DNA of 57,099 nucleotides from Saprospiraceae bacterium (lineage in GTDB: Bacteria > Bacteroidota > Bacteroidia > Chitinophagales > Saprospiraceae): assembly GCA_023301005.1 (NCBI GenBank), contig JALZVK010000162.1:1-57099 (forward strand), read 5' to 3'. The position numbers were made by a program, and so were the translations under genes. Shown piece by piece: positions 56,001 to 57,099 of the stretch. The stretch's first letter is position 1; each line of letters starts with the position of its first letter. The notes under the pieces are model-generated. The model ran no database searches. It saw only the letters and a list, made by a program, of their open reading frames with translations, and was not told where the DNA came from.

Positions 56001-56829
56001 TGGTTGTACTGCAATAGATGCAGTAGTTGTCGATGCTGATGCAAGTGCACCAAGTGGAATCATATTTACTATCGACGAACCAGAATGTCATGACGACCCA
56101 GGAAGTATCATTATCGAAACGGTAGATGGAGGAACTCCGCCATACTTATATTCGATTGATGGAGATAATTTTTATAGTGGACATATCTTTACTTTAGATG
56201 CTGGCGACTATACATTATATGCTCAAGATGCTTCAGGATGTGAAACTCAAACCAGTTTTATTATCCCAGAATTAGATCCCGTAAGTATAGTGTTAGAAAA
56301 TGAAGTTACGATAGATTTAGGTGACACTTACCAAATCGAAGCGACTACAAATATTCCGACTGATGAGATAGAATCAATTCGTTGGAGTCCAGATGCTTTC
56401 TTATCTGCGAGTGATATTCTAAATCCAGTTGTTGAGAATTTATTTGAAGGCTTAACCTACACAGTAACTATTACAAATATTTATGGTTGTAAAGTACAAG
56501 CAAGCATCACAGTAAATGTAGATAAATCAAGAGCCATTTATATCCCAAATGTATTCTCTCCAGGAACTGGAAATGAGAATGACATCTTTATGATTTACGC
56601 AGGCGACCTAAGTCAAATCAAACAAGTCAATACATTTTTGATTTTTGATAGATGGGGAGAAGTAGTGCACCGAGCAGAAAACTTTATGCCAATGGATCCT
56701 GATCAAGGTTGGGATGGAACGTTCAAAGGAAAAACAATGAACCCTCAGGTTTTTGTTTATTGGGCGGAGATTGAATTTATAGATGGAATAAAAATTCTAT
56801 ACAAAGGAGATGTCGCTCTGAAAAAATAA
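47047..56829 (+). CDS. Giant (~3260 aa) T9SS type-B cell-surface adhesin (SprB-like architecture)
   Basis: Signal peptide [21 protein letters not shown], then a choice-of-anchor-L-like domain, a Calx-beta-like domain, SprB-type repeats, 26 PKD-like tandem repeats and a gliding-motility-associated C-terminal domain. Confidence 0.9.
   Translation: [3260 protein letters not shown]
47515..48218 (+). other. Choice-of-anchor-L-like N-terminal domain of the giant adhesin
   Basis: [17 protein letters not shown] .. GVVLSSGN .. SDSDL .. [21 protein letters not shown] .. [10 protein letters not shown] .. FDGYT .. [15 protein letters not shown]. Confidence 0.6.
48256..48510 (+). other. Calx-beta-like domain
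   Basis: [70 protein letters not shown]. Confidence 0.65.
49492..56056 (+). repeat. In-frame tandem array of 26 ~252-nt (~84-aa) PKD-like repeats
   Basis: Each unit matches C..(6)..L[DN]GSGSS.G..F.Y.WTT.[ND]GNIVSG.N.L.P.V.A.GTY.L.VTN..NGCT....V.V..D...P.A.AG. I counted 26 W[TVM]T motifs. Confidence 0.88.
56521..56826 (+). other. T9SS type-B (gliding-motility-associated, CHU_C-like) C-terminal sorting domain
   Basis: [21 protein letters not shown] .. [17 protein letters not shown] .. [24 protein letters not shown]. Confidence 0.75.
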
Positions 56830-56897
56830 AAGTCGTTTTCAATTTATATTTTTTGAAGCTTACGCTTCTTGTTTTATATTTTAAAAATAAAAAACAC

Positions 56898-56939
56898 AAC
56901 CCTGAATTTTTATTTATAAAAATTCAGGGTTTCTTTTTT
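56898..56939 (+). terminator. Rho-independent terminator of the giant gene
   Basis: AACCCTGAATTTTT-ATTTAT-AAAAATTCAGGGTT followed by TCTTTTTTT. Confidence 0.75.
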
Positions 56940-57051
56940 TATAAATATGAATGATGTTTTATTTGAAAAAACAGGATTTAATTTATATTATTCGTATTTG
57001 AAATTACTCTACCCGATGATTTTGGATAAAAAATGAAAAGTAAAAAGGAAA

Positions 57052-57088
57052 GCAGATTTTTGAAGTTCTGACACAACTCAAATCTGCA
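57052..57088. repeat. Short hairpin whose arms resemble the family-C arms
   Basis: GCAGATTTTTGAAGTT .. AACTCAAATCTGC; compare CGGATTTGAGAAGTT in C2. The resemblance is weak and the site is close to the window edge. Confidence 0.35.
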
Positions 57089-57099
57089 ATCCAATGGAA

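Noticed and set aside
49492-56056. Regular ~250-nt periodic repeats considered as a possible CRISPR or satellite array
   Set aside because: The repeats are in frame within one uninterrupted ORF and are conserved at the protein level (PKD-like modules). The period is far too long and there is no repeat-spacer structure.
1-57099. Anti-phage defence system (RM, CBASS, retron, TA, Cas and similar)
   Set aside because: No methyltransferase, restriction nuclease, reverse transcriptase, cyclase, cas or toxin-antitoxin signatures were recognisable. The helicase-nuclease at 32109-35252 looks like a repair enzyme in a housekeeping context.

Overview
AT-rich chromosomal window that, by gene content (T9SS type-A and type-B C-terminal sorting domains, SprB-type repeats, Omp28/TlpA-like CxxC envelope proteins, an ECF sigma factor, an OmpR-type two-component pair), looks like a gliding Bacteroidota genome (Flavobacteriia/Cytophagia-like). 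I support about 37 CDS and one tRNA-Gln(UUG). No rRNA, CRISPR array, transposase, integrase or recognisable defence genes were found. Housekeeping genes (lpxD, polA, hpt, ruvC, psuG, lipA, a UvrD-type helicase-nuclease) are interleaved with envelope and secreted proteins. Three things stand out. (1) A four-gene operon (38936-41194) encodes a eukaryote-like Rab/Ras-type small GTPase with a non-canonical switch II. Its partners are a coiled-coil protein, a coiled-coil protein with a Roadblock/LC7-like region, and a PAS-like protein. This is my best candidate for an undescribed system, possibly a signalling or polarity module. (2) A 9.8-kb gene (47047-56829) encodes a giant T9SS type-B adhesin with 26 tandem ~84-aa PKD-like repeats and a recently amplified two-repeat super-unit. 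(3) At least 14 intergenic sites hold long nested inverted-repeat (MITE/REP-like) elements that fall into a few families. Some copies share identical core boxes between locus-specific arms. One family overlaps the lipA stop codon, and one motif sits about 45 nt upstream of two related envelope genes. All protein family calls come from motif reading by eye, not from database searches.
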